Shown in pieces: positions 54,131 to 62,339 of a stretch of DNA of 64,000 bases. This stretch comes from Poseidonia sp. (GTDB lineage Archaea; Thermoplasmatota; Poseidoniia; Poseidoniales; Poseidoniaceae): the NCBI GenBank assembly GCA_049617635.1, contig JBMZJQ010000001.1:17299-81298 (forward strand), in the 5' to 3' direction. The notes below the pieces were generated by a model, which was not told where the DNA came from, did no database searches, and worked only from the letters and a program-made list of their open reading frames with translations. A program made the translations under genes and the position numbers. The stretch's first letter is position 1. Each line of letters opens with the position of its first letter.

Positions 54131-55150
54131 ATGGCCGACGTTGCTCCTCGCCGTATCTTCGTTACCGGCGTCAACGGCCACATTGGCAATCACATCGTTC
54201 GCGACCTGCTCGAGCACGGCTACGCCGTCAAAGGCTCCGTGCGGGACCTCAACGATCCCGCCAAGGTGGACCATGTGCGGGCGCATGCCAAGGCGTTGAA
54301 CGCAGAAAATCGCCTTGAATTGGTTCAGGGCGATGTGTTGGATGCGGACGGGTGGGCAGACCTCCTCGAAGGCTGCGATGGGTTGTTTCATACCGCCACC
54401 ATCTACTCCACCCAAGGCCATGCCACGGCCATTCTCGACACCGCCAACAAAGGAACGCTGCACCTCTTCCACGCCGCTGCCAAAGCAGGCATCGAGCGGG
54501 TGGTCTACACCTCCAGCACCGCAGCGGTCGGCACGTCACCCAAAGGGATGAAGAAGGACGAAGCTGTTTGGAACACCGACACGTCCCTGCCCTACAGCAC
54601 GGCCAAAACCCAATCCGAGCACCTGGCGTGGAAATTGGCCGAGGAATTGAATCTCGACCTGCGCGTGATCAACCCCACCGCCGTGCTGGGCGGCGGCTTC
54701 GTTCGTCCAACCCCCAGCGTGGATTTCTTCGCCGATGCCATCGCAGGAAAGTACCCCGTCGTCCCGAAATTCCCGATGTCGGTGGTCCACGTTCGCGACG
54801 TTGCCCGCGCTCATCGACGGGCGTTTGAGGTGGACGAAGCCGAAGGAAGGTTCATTCTTGCACCTCACGCCAATTTGACCTTGGCGACCATTTGCAAGCG
54901 CATTCGAACCCTGAACCCGACGACCAAGGCACCGAAATACAGTCTTCCCAACACGCTCATCCCGCTGGCGGTGTTCCAAGATTGGATAGGTGGAAAACTC
55001 GGACGGCAGCGCTACCTCACGCGCGCCGTGGCCAAGAACATGATGGGTGGAGACACCGACTACTCAAGTGCCAAAGCCGAAGAGGTGTTGGGCATGGAAT
55101 GGGAGGACTTTGACACATGCATCCAAGACACGGTCGACGTCTTCCTCTGA
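54131..55150 (+). CDS. NAD(P)-dependent extended SDR (dihydroflavonol/cinnamoyl-CoA reductase-like aldehyde reductase)
   Basis: VTGVNGHIGNHIV Rossmann motif and YSTAKTQSE (YxxxK). Confidence 0.8.
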   Translation: MADVAPRRIFVTGVNGHIGNHIVRDLLEHGYAVKGSVRDLNDPAKVDHVRAHAKALNAENRLELVQGDVLDADGWADLLEGCDGLFHTATIYSTQGHATAILDTANKGTLHLFHAAAKAGIERVVYTSSTAAVGTSPKGMKKDEAVWNTDTSLPYSTAKTQSEHLAWKLAEELNLDLRVINPTAVLGGGFVRPTPSVDFFADAIAGKYPVVPKFPMSVVHVRDVARAHRRAFEVDEAEGRFILAPHANLTLATICKRIRTLNPTTKAPKYSLPNTLIPLAVFQDWIGGKLGRQRYLTRAVAKNMMGGDTDYSSAKAEEVLGMEWEDFDTCIQDTVDVFL

Positions 55151-55188
55151 CCCGTGAACAGGGCTTGCTGCTCTCCAAAGCGAGTTGG

Positions 55189-55827
55189 ATGGTTCCGCTG
55201 GTCACCGTCGTGACGGCGATGGCGATCCACGGATTGGACAATCCTCGTGCCGTTCCGTTTTTCATTTCAGAGACCGACTACCCCGGCCTGCAGGACCACG
55301 TGTTTAGCCTCGGCCTCACCCTCACTGGCTTGGTGCAGTTGCTCTACGCATGGCACCTGTATCACACACTTGAGGCACAACACCCTGGGCTTTGGTTCAT
55401 CGCTACCTTGTTCGGTTTGGTGGCTGCCCTCAACACCGTGTTGGTGAGTCACCTCGACATGTATGATTTCATCAATCCACACATCGCCACGGCGATGTTG
55501 GCCTTTGGGGGCGGCATTGTTTGGGCCTACCTCGCACAACGCTCCCTCGGCGACCGGTCAAGCATCGACGGGAAACGCATGCGCCGGTTGGGTTTCATCC
55601 TCGCCTTGACCGGTTTCGTGGTCATGGTCACCAGTTTTCAGATGGCCGTGAGCACCTTTGACCCAACCGGGATGAGCACCGAGGCCTTCCTCAATCAGGC
55701 TCAGCACGGCATACGCTTTGCTGCTCCAGCCGAATACGTGTTGGTGGCCGGGTTGCTGGTCTGCTTGGCCTCGTTCCGCCACGACCTGCTCTTGCAACAG
55801 GCGTCAACAGATGATGAACAAGACTAA
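55189..55827 (+). CDS. polytopic membrane protein (possibly Frag1/DRAM/Sfk1-like)
   Basis: About six hydrophobic helices. FISETDYPG resembles the PYISDTG motif of that family. The start is uncertain: ATG 55189, TTG 55165, or the track start 55117, which overlaps the upstream gene. Confidence 0.5.
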   Translation: MVPLVTVVTAMAIHGLDNPRAVPFFISETDYPGLQDHVFSLGLTLTGLVQLLYAWHLYHTLEAQHPGLWFIATLFGLVAALNTVLVSHLDMYDFINPHIATAMLAFGGGIVWAYLAQRSLGDRSSIDGKRMRRLGFILALTGFVVMVTSFQMAVSTFDPTGMSTEAFLNQAQHGIRFAAPAEYVLVAGLLVCLASFRHDLLLQQASTDDEQD

Positions 55828-55860
55828 GTGAACCGGCATTGAGCCACGAACGGTGAGGTC

Positions 55861-56436
55861 ATGCAACGAAGTACCGTCGTGATGCTTGCCATCACCGTGT
55901 TGCTGGCAGGGTGTGTCAATGAACCACCCGAACGGCAGGTCGAGGACATCGTGGTTGTACCAACCGTCCAGGAACCGGTGGCGATGCCAGCATGGATGGG
56001 AACCGACCACACCAACGCGACCCACACCTACGAAGAGTTTGCGAACGCATCGTACATGGCCTACTTTTCTGCACCATGGTGTGCTCATTGTGAACCAACG
56101 ATCGACGCCTACGATTCGCTGTTGCCAGCAGGGAAAATCGTCGTTTTTTCGATGGAAGCCAGAGAGGAATACAGCAACATGTCCCAGTGGCACAACGACA
56201 CCGAAACCAACCTCAACCGAACGGTGGACCGACCGTTTATTCGAGAGCCCTCATTGGCAAAAGCCCTCGGTGTTCGCTCCATGCCCCATGCCATTTTCAT
56301 CAACGCACAAGGGTACGTGTTTCACGTCCAGGTTGGCAAAATAACCAACGCAACCGCCATTCAAACCATCTGGGAGTCCACCGAAGGTGCAGTCTTTGAC
56401 CCAACCACAGGGTGGAACCGCAGCATCGAGTTGTGA
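55861..56436 (+). CDS. TlpA/thioredoxin-like thiol-disulfide oxidoreductase lipoprotein
   Basis: Lipobox VLLAGC and active site WCAHC. GGTGAGGT SD. Confidence 0.8.
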   Translation: MQRSTVVMLAITVLLAGCVNEPPERQVEDIVVVPTVQEPVAMPAWMGTDHTNATHTYEEFANASYMAYFSAPWCAHCEPTIDAYDSLLPAGKIVVFSMEAREEYSNMSQWHNDTETNLNRTVDRPFIREPSLAKALGVRSMPHAIFINAQGYVFHVQVGKITNATAIQTIWESTEGAVFDPTTGWNRSIEL

Positions 56437-56547
56437 CACCACATCGACCCGTTGCTGGACTCGTCATCCTTCGTGGACAAGCCAGCAAATCACCCGTTAC
56501 ACCCACGATACCAAATTCCTAAGTGGGGCCCAGCATGAACACCATCC

Positions 56548-57408
56548 ATGAAGTTCAATGCATGGCTCCTCGCTGCACTTTTCCTCCTCGTCCCGCTTTC
56601 AGGGTGCCTTGGAAAGGGCGGAGGCGACGGTGAGGGCATCATGGGTCGGTCGCCGGAGGATGTGAAGGAGGACGACTACAACGTGCTTTACATCGGTCAT
56701 AGTTTTGGCCGTAAATTTGCTGAATCCCTCGAAGACTACGCCCACACGGCAGGGGTGGCCAACCACGCCACGTACATTGTGTTCAGCGGCGGGGCCTCGG
56801 GTGCTCCCGACCAACTTTGGGTGGACACCACCGACCGAGAGATGATCAAAGACTTCCTTGACACCGGTGAAATTGACGTTCTCATCATGATCTGTTGCTC
56901 CATTGAATTTGTTGAAACGGGCGGGGAATCGGACGAAGCCGTGTGGAATTTCACGGACTATGCGGTGGAGAAAAATCCCGATATTCGCATCGGCCTCGCC
57001 ATGCCGTGGAAGGATTTCCCTGCGGACTACGACAACGTTGACGAACATCGAAACGGCTCTGATGAAGCCTATGATGGATGGGTCAACGTCTCCTCAGACC
57101 TCGCTGCTGATTACCCGAACACCGAGGTGTTCACCTTCAACCACGGTGCGGTGGTGTACGAACTTCGAGCGATGTATGAAAACGGTGAGCTCGATGACGA
57201 TGTCAAGCAACTTTCTGGCGCCAAGGCCACCTCCATCTTCACCGATGAGAAGGGGCACGCCGGCGAAATCACCCTCGACACGGGCACCTACATGTGGCTT
57301 CATGCTGTTCACGGCGTTGGCCCCATGGACATGCCGAAGGCGGACGGCTACACGGCAGACCTGCGAGCGATTGCGGCGAAGGTGATCGATGACCATCGCC
57401 AAGACTGA
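56548..57408 (+). CDS. lipoprotein, unknown function (possibly SGNH/DUF4886-like)
   Basis: Signal peptide plus lipobox LVPLSGC. NVLYIGHSFG occurs early in the mature part. Confidence 0.6.
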   Translation: MKFNAWLLAALFLLVPLSGCLGKGGGDGEGIMGRSPEDVKEDDYNVLYIGHSFGRKFAESLEDYAHTAGVANHATYIVFSGGASGAPDQLWVDTTDREMIKDFLDTGEIDVLIMICCSIEFVETGGESDEAVWNFTDYAVEKNPDIRIGLAMPWKDFPADYDNVDEHRNGSDEAYDGWVNVSSDLAADYPNTEVFTFNHGAVVYELRAMYENGELDDDVKQLSGAKATSIFTDEKGHAGEITLDTGTYMWLHAVHGVGPMDMPKADGYTADLRAIAAKVIDDHRQD

Positions 57409-57415
57409 CGACCGG

Positions 57416-58405
57416 TCAGTGCTGAGGCCCGTTGTTGTGGGTTTCGGCCAAAGCAAGCACCTTCTCGTCGAGTGTAGAGAGGGCAACTTTCCCGCTATCA
57501 ACACCCGATTGCACCGTTTGGCCGGTGGTCAGCACCACATGCACCGTCATGTTGCGATGGCTGAGCGCGTGCTTCACCACACCGCAGTGCACGTGGTCGT
57601 TGTCAGGGACATTCAACCCTTCGTGGTACGTCGGTCCCCACAACCCCGCAAACAACCCGTCCATCGGCCGTTGGGTCAGCACGGGCCTTCCGTCCTGAGC
57701 CCATTCCACCCATGCGGTCAAGACGACCTCCTTGACCCGTTGGCGCTTCGCCAGCGGGTAGGCTTCTGCATCATCCCTGCCGAGACATGAGTCTCGCACG
57801 GGACAGGCCTCGCACTTGACTCGTTTGGGCGTGCACACGGTCGCCCCCAATTCCATCAGCGCTTGATTCCAGTCGCCTGGGCGCTCATCGACCATCGCTG
57901 CATCCGCCCACGCCTGAACGGCTTGAGGCGTTGGCTCAGCCTGTGCGGTGGTTCGTGCCATGACCCTCCGGATGTTGCCGTCGACGCAGGCCACCGGTTG
58001 CCCGAAAGCGATGCTCGCGACGGCCGCTGCGGTGTAAGGGCCAATCCCGGGAAGGCTGAGGAGCGCTTCGTAGGTCGAGGGCAGTTGGCCGTCAAACCCT
58101 CCCTCGCTGACCGGAAGCATCACCCGTTGACTCAACGCGTGAAGACGGCGTGCACGGCTGTAGTAGCCCGCACCTTCCCATGCCTTGAGCACCGCATCGA
58201 CCGGTGCCTCGGCCATGCTTTGAATGGTGGGAAACGCCTCAATCATGCGCTGCCAGTACACCAGTCCTCGGCTCACTTGGGTCTGCTGGAGCAGCACCTC
58301 GCTCAGCAAAATGGACCACGGGTCGTTGGTCTGACGCCAGGGTAAATCCCGCTGATGTGCATCGTACCAATCGAGCAAGGCCTGTTGGTCGTGTGCTTCA
58401 AGCAC
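57416..58405 (-). CDS. mutY: A/G-specific adenine DNA glycosylase
   Basis: HhH-GPD core, canonical C-x6-C-x2-C-x5-C (CTPKRVKCEACPVRDSC) and a C-terminal NUDIX-like domain. GTG start with a GAGGATGAT SD. Confidence 0.9.
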   Translation of the reverse strand: MLEAHDQQALLDWYDAHQRDLPWRQTNDPWSILLSEVLLQQTQVSRGLVYWQRMIEAFPTIQSMAEAPVDAVLKAWEGAGYYSRARRLHALSQRVMLPVSEGGFDGQLPSTYEALLSLPGIGPYTAAAVASIAFGQPVACVDGNIRRVMARTTAQAEPTPQAVQAWADAAMVDERPGDWNQALMELGATVCTPKRVKCEACPVRDSCLGRDDAEAYPLAKRQRVKEVVLTAWVEWAQDGRPVLTQRPMDGLFAGLWGPTYHEGLNVPDNDHVHCGVVKHALSHRNMTVHVVLTTGQTVQSGVDSGKVALSTLDEKVLALAETHNNGPQH

Positions 58406-58417
58406 GCCCCATCATCC

Positions 58418-60472
58418 TCAGGCTTCGGCGGCTTCGGCAGGCTCAGCGGTGGCCTTCTTGGCCTCGATCTTGGCATCGTTGGCCTTGATTTGCTCCCAAA
58501 CCAATTCGGCGATGTCTTTGACTTCCATTTCCGAGCCAATGGCACTCAATCCATCGGTCACCATCGTGGAACAGAACGGACAGCCCACGGCGACGGTGTC
58601 GGCACCGGTCGCAGCGAGTTCTTTCGAGCGAATGATGTTGACACGGTCGTGACCTTCATCCACATGCTCCTCCATCCACATCTGTGCACCGCCAGCACCG
58701 CAGCAGAAGGAATCCCTTCCGTGGCGCTCCGCTTCAACGTCCACGCCGCCGATGGCGTCGCGTGGTGCATCCAGTTCGCCACCGATGCGACCGAGGTAAC
58801 ACGGGTCGTGGTAGGTCACTGAACCATCGTGCTTGGGTTCGGGCAACTTCCCTTCCTTCTGAAGATGGTTGATGAGTTGCGAGTGGTGCATGACTTCGAT
58901 GTCTTCGCCGCCGTAGTCCTTGTACTCCTTTCCGAGCGTGTGGAAACAGTGAGGGCAGGAGGCGACGACCTTCTTGACGCCGATCTCCTCGAAGGTGGAC
59001 AGGTTCGTCTCGGCGAGCATTTGGAACAGGTATTCGTTACCCGCACGGCGAGCAGCATCCCCGCTGCAGCCTTCTTGCATGCCGAGGATACCGACATCAA
59101 GTCCGGCTTCTTTCATGATGCTGATGGTGTCTCGAGCGACCTTCTTGTTGCGCTCGTCAAAGGACGCCGCACAGCCTGCGAAGTAGATGTATTCGGCAGG
59201 CTCGGCCACCTTGACATCCAGCCCTTCAGCCCAGTCGCCTCGCTCGTGGGAAGGCAAGCCGTAGGGATTGGAATCGGATTCCAAGTTCTCGATGGTCGCC
59301 ATCAGCGGCATGACGGTGTCTTCGACGCTTTCTGCAAATTCCATGCGCTCCATCATCAGATGGCGGCGTGCATCGGTCAATTTGGGCACGTGGTCGATGT
59401 AGATGGGACAGGCCTCTACACAAGCATGACAGGTGGTGCAGGCCCAGATGGCGTCCTCACCGAAGCGAGCGATGATGTCCTCCTCGGGCGTTTCACCGGC
59501 GAGGAGCGTTCCTGCGTGGTCGTTGGCGTAGTGGCGTACATCGTGAATGATCTGCATCGGGTTCAGGGCCTTGCCGCTGGCGTAGGCAGGGCAGACATCT
59601 TGGCAGCGTGCACACGACGTGCAGGCCCAACCGTCGATGAGGTCTCGCCACGTGAAGTCGGTGTAGTTCACGGCACCAAAGGATTCGAGGTCGAGGTCGT
59701 CGAGCATGACCGCCTTTCCGTCCTCGCCCCGGGCAAGAGGCTCCATCGTGGCCATCGGTCGCAGGTCATGGAAGAACACGTTCGGGAAGGCCATCACCAA
59801 GTGCATGTGCTTGGAGAGTGGAATCAGGAAGAGGAAGACACAGATGGCCAACATGTGCGCCCAGTAGGCAGCGACCACCATGGCGGTGGAAGGCACAAGG
59901 GTGCTGGCCACCCAGTACCCGATGGGCTCGTAGGTTGACGAGACCGTGGATTCACCGGCTTCCACCACGAAGGAGGTGGTTGTGATGGTCATGATGAGCA
60001 GCAAAATGACGTTGCCCTCAAGTTGGGATTTGCCCTTGAGTTTCTCGGGCGTGAACACGACGCGCCGAACCAGCGCAAGCACGCACCCGACAAAGGCAAG
60101 GGCGTATCCAGTCTCCACGATCAAATTCCATGGCCCTCGCAAGGCATCGGGCAGCACCTCTTGGGAGAACTTGTTGCCCGTGGCCAAATCGAACATATCG
60201 GTCGACAGCATCAGGAATCCCCAGAACATGAGGACGTGGATGCCACCGGCAACGCGGTCCTTCAGCACCTTCTTTTGGCCGAGCCAACCGGTGATGACTT
60301 CAGAAATTCGAGCCCCCCAGTTGTCAAACCTGTTCTCGGGTTTGCCCTTGAGTACGAGACGAGAGGCCTTGACAACCTGATAGAGAAAGAAACCTCCGGA
60401 CACGCCGGCCATCACCAAAAGAATGACCCATCCAGGAAGCGGTCCGTACTCCATAAACAACGGGTGTTCCAT
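58418..60472 (-). CDS. membrane-bound Fe-S oxidoreductase: NarI/DsrM-like 5-TM domain fused to an HdrD/GlpC/DsrK-like module (2x 4Fe-4S plus 2x CCG)
   Basis: Five N-terminal helices with conserved His. CTSCARCQDVCP and CTTCHACVEACP ferredoxin motifs. CCG-type Cys motifs FCCGAGG, CPHCFH and GCPFC. ATG 60472 has a GGTGAT SD 4 nt upstream. Confidence 0.8.
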   Translation of the reverse strand: MEHPLFMEYGPLPGWVILLVMAGVSGGFFLYQVVKASRLVLKGKPENRFDNWGARISEVITGWLGQKKVLKDRVAGGIHVLMFWGFLMLSTDMFDLATGNKFSQEVLPDALRGPWNLIVETGYALAFVGCVLALVRRVVFTPEKLKGKSQLEGNVILLLIMTITTTSFVVEAGESTVSSTYEPIGYWVASTLVPSTAMVVAAYWAHMLAICVFLFLIPLSKHMHLVMAFPNVFFHDLRPMATMEPLARGEDGKAVMLDDLDLESFGAVNYTDFTWRDLIDGWACTSCARCQDVCPAYASGKALNPMQIIHDVRHYANDHAGTLLAGETPEEDIIARFGEDAIWACTTCHACVEACPIYIDHVPKLTDARRHLMMERMEFAESVEDTVMPLMATIENLESDSNPYGLPSHERGDWAEGLDVKVAEPAEYIYFAGCAASFDERNKKVARDTISIMKEAGLDVGILGMQEGCSGDAARRAGNEYLFQMLAETNLSTFEEIGVKKVVASCPHCFHTLGKEYKDYGGEDIEVMHHSQLINHLQKEGKLPEPKHDGSVTYHDPCYLGRIGGELDAPRDAIGGVDVEAERHGRDSFCCGAGGAQMWMEEHVDEGHDRVNIIRSKELAATGADTVAVGCPFCSTMVTDGLSAIGSEMEVKDIAELVWEQIKANDAKIEAKKATAEPAEAAEA

Positions 60473-60586
60473 GTTCATCACCAAAGACGCCGTTCTGCGT
60501 TCAACTTCCCCAGTTCAAGACGCACTTTCAATGCACCGTCAAAATCCGACGATTTCAGGGCACCCTGCACGAAGGAATATGAAGTC

Positions 60587-61609
60587 ATGGCCCGTGTTCA
60601 ATCCATGGGGGACCAAGGACCGATTTTGGTGACCAGCGCCCCCGGCAAATGCATCTTGTTTGGCGAACATGCGGTCGTGTACGGTCAACCCGCTGTGGCC
60701 GTGGCCATTGAACAGCGACTCACCGTCTCGATGACACCGGCCGCATCGTGGAGCGTGGATGGCGGGGCGTTGAGCGAACACAAGCACCCTCACATCCTGT
60801 CGCTGCGGGAACAATTGTTGGACCCCAACCACGACACCCCGTTGGCGATTCACATCCAAGGCGACATCCCGAGTGCCTCTGGATTGGGGTCCAGCGCTGC
60901 GTTGAGTGCAGCGGTTGCCGCAGCCATGAACGAACTGCGTGAGGCAGGTGACGACGATACCGAACACCTCAGCCGAGCAGCCCATCTTGCTGAAGCCGAG
61001 GCCCAAAAGGGCCGAGCCTCGCCGATGGACACATCCACCAGCGTTGAAGGCGGTGTTGTCGTGCTCTCAGACGTCAAGGAAGCCAGTGCACAATGGGCCT
61101 ACACCCGAACGCTGGCCACGCCGGAAGGTGAGCGTCGGTGGGAAGTTCATCGCTTGCACCCACCTGAAGGCGATGTGTTTCTTGTCCTCGGCAACACCGG
61201 CGTTCACGCCTCGACATCGCACCAGGTGGCCATGGTCGCTCAAGCCTTGCAGGAAGCACCCGAGCGCATGAAGGAGATCACGGCCATTGGCACGGTCGCA
61301 CGCCGAGGTCTGCAAGCCTTGGTCGATGGTGACTACGATGCGGTGGGTCACGCCATGAGTGAAAACCACCTCCTGCTCAGAGGTCTGGGCGTTTCGTCAC
61401 CCGAACTGGAGAACCTCATCCAGGCAGCGGCTCCAACCTCGTTGGGCGTCAAACTGACCGGGGCAGGAGGTGGCGGTTGCATGGTGGCCCTCACACGCCA
61501 GCCAAAAGCGACCAGTGAAGCCATTGAATTGGCCGGTGGGCGCACCTTGATCTCCAAACTTGGCAACCCCGGCGTTCGGATTGAGCACGCGGGCAGTGGC
61601 TTTGAATGA
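60587..61609 (+). CDS. mvk: mevalonate kinase
   Basis: APGKCILFGEHAVVYG and GLGSSAALS GHMP-kinase motifs. ATG 60587; the track ORF from 60023 is an antisense-overlap extension. Confidence 0.9.
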   Translation: MARVQSMGDQGPILVTSAPGKCILFGEHAVVYGQPAVAVAIEQRLTVSMTPAASWSVDGGALSEHKHPHILSLREQLLDPNHDTPLAIHIQGDIPSASGLGSSAALSAAVAAAMNELREAGDDDTEHLSRAAHLAEAEAQKGRASPMDTSTSVEGGVVVLSDVKEASAQWAYTRTLATPEGERRWEVHRLHPPEGDVFLVLGNTGVHASTSHQVAMVAQALQEAPERMKEITAIGTVARRGLQALVDGDYDAVGHAMSENHLLLRGLGVSSPELENLIQAAAPTSLGVKLTGAGGGGCMVALTRQPKATSEAIELAGGRTLISKLGNPGVRIEHAGSGFE

Positions 61610-61629
61610 CGGTTTGGTGCCGAAATTCC

Positions 61630-61638
61630 TTTTATATA
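61630..61638 (+). promoter_or_regulatory. TATA box (TTTTATATA) of the tbp promoter
   Basis: Near-consensus archaeal TATA element centred about 27 nt upstream of the tbp ATG, in the AT-rich spacer 61610-61660. GGGAG at 61651-61655 could alternatively be an SD if the TSS lies further upstream. Confidence 0.7.
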
Positions 61639-61660
61639 CTAAATCAAATTGGGAGTTTAT

Positions 61661-62275
61661 ATGACCACCGATGAAGAACGCCTAACTGTAGTGAACGTCG
61701 TTGCCAGCACCCGTGTTGCTGAGGAACTTGACCTCCCTGATATCGCCATCCAGCTCAACTGCGAGTATGAGCCCGAGCAATTCCCCGGTGTCGTCTACCG
61801 TGTCACCGAACCAAAGCTCGCCATCCTCATGTTCCGCTCCGGGCGTGCAGTGTGCACCGGTGGAAAGGACGAAGACAACATTCACACCGGTATTGACCGC
61901 ATGATCAAGGACTTGCGTGCTGCTGGAATCGAGACCTGGGACCTCAAGGACGTTACCATTGAAGTTCAGAACATGGTTGCCACCTACGCCCTCCACTACC
62001 CCGAGGACTACGACGGCGTGGACAAGTTCACCGGTGAGCCTCAAGCAGGCGTTCCTCGCAAACTCAACCTCAACCACCTCACCTTCCACTTGCCCTTTGA
62101 CAAGGTGGAGTACGAGCCCGAGCAATTCCCCGGCCTCATTTACCGACTCGACATGCCCAAGGTCGTCTGCCTCATCTTCGGATCAGGTAAGATGGTGATC
62201 ACCGGTGCTCGCCACAAGGACGAGATTCTCGAAGCCGTTGAAATCATCAAGGACGAACTGGCTGACCTCCTCTGA
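61661..62275 (+). CDS. tbp: TATA-box binding protein with a 22-aa insertion in the second repeat
   Basis: Two direct repeats, each with EYEPEQFPG and a hydrophobic strand-Gly motif (LMFRSGRAVCTG and LIFGSGKMVITG). ATG 61661; the track start 61649 is a non-ATG start. Confidence 0.93.
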   Translation: MTTDEERLTVVNVVASTRVAEELDLPDIAIQLNCEYEPEQFPGVVYRVTEPKLAILMFRSGRAVCTGGKDEDNIHTGIDRMIKDLRAAGIETWDLKDVTIEVQNMVATYALHYPEDYDGVDKFTGEPQAGVPRKLNLNHLTFHLPFDKVEYEPEQFPGLIYRLDMPKVVCLIFGSGKMVITGARHKDEILEAVEIIKDELADLL

Positions 62276-62284
62276 GTTGGGAAC

Positions 62285-62299
62285 GGTGCCGAAGGCACC
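62285..62299 (+). other. hairpin GGTGCC-gaa-GGCACC just after the tbp stop
   Basis: Read directly. No following T-run, so the function is unknown. Confidence 0.25.
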
Positions 62300-62339
62300 A
62301 AGAGAAGTCTTGATGGCCTCCATCCAATCTGCCTCCACC

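Noticed and set aside
60499-60543. Series of GTTCAA-like hexamers (GTTCAA, GTTCAA, TTTCAA, GTCAAA) spaced 12-14 nt apart in the spacer between the Fe-S oxidoreductase gene and mvk
   Set aside because: The hexamers are short and degenerate, the spacing is irregular, and they could easily arise by chance. There is no palindromic partner, so this is not reportable without genome-wide motif statistics.
60023-60586. 5' extension of the mevalonate kinase ORF (track ORF 60023..61609); likewise 25783..26070, 39652..39789 and 54083..54472
   Set aside because: The extensions run antisense through, or overlap, neighbouring genes. The conserved N-termini of the real proteins begin at internal ATGs, in several cases with SD motifs.
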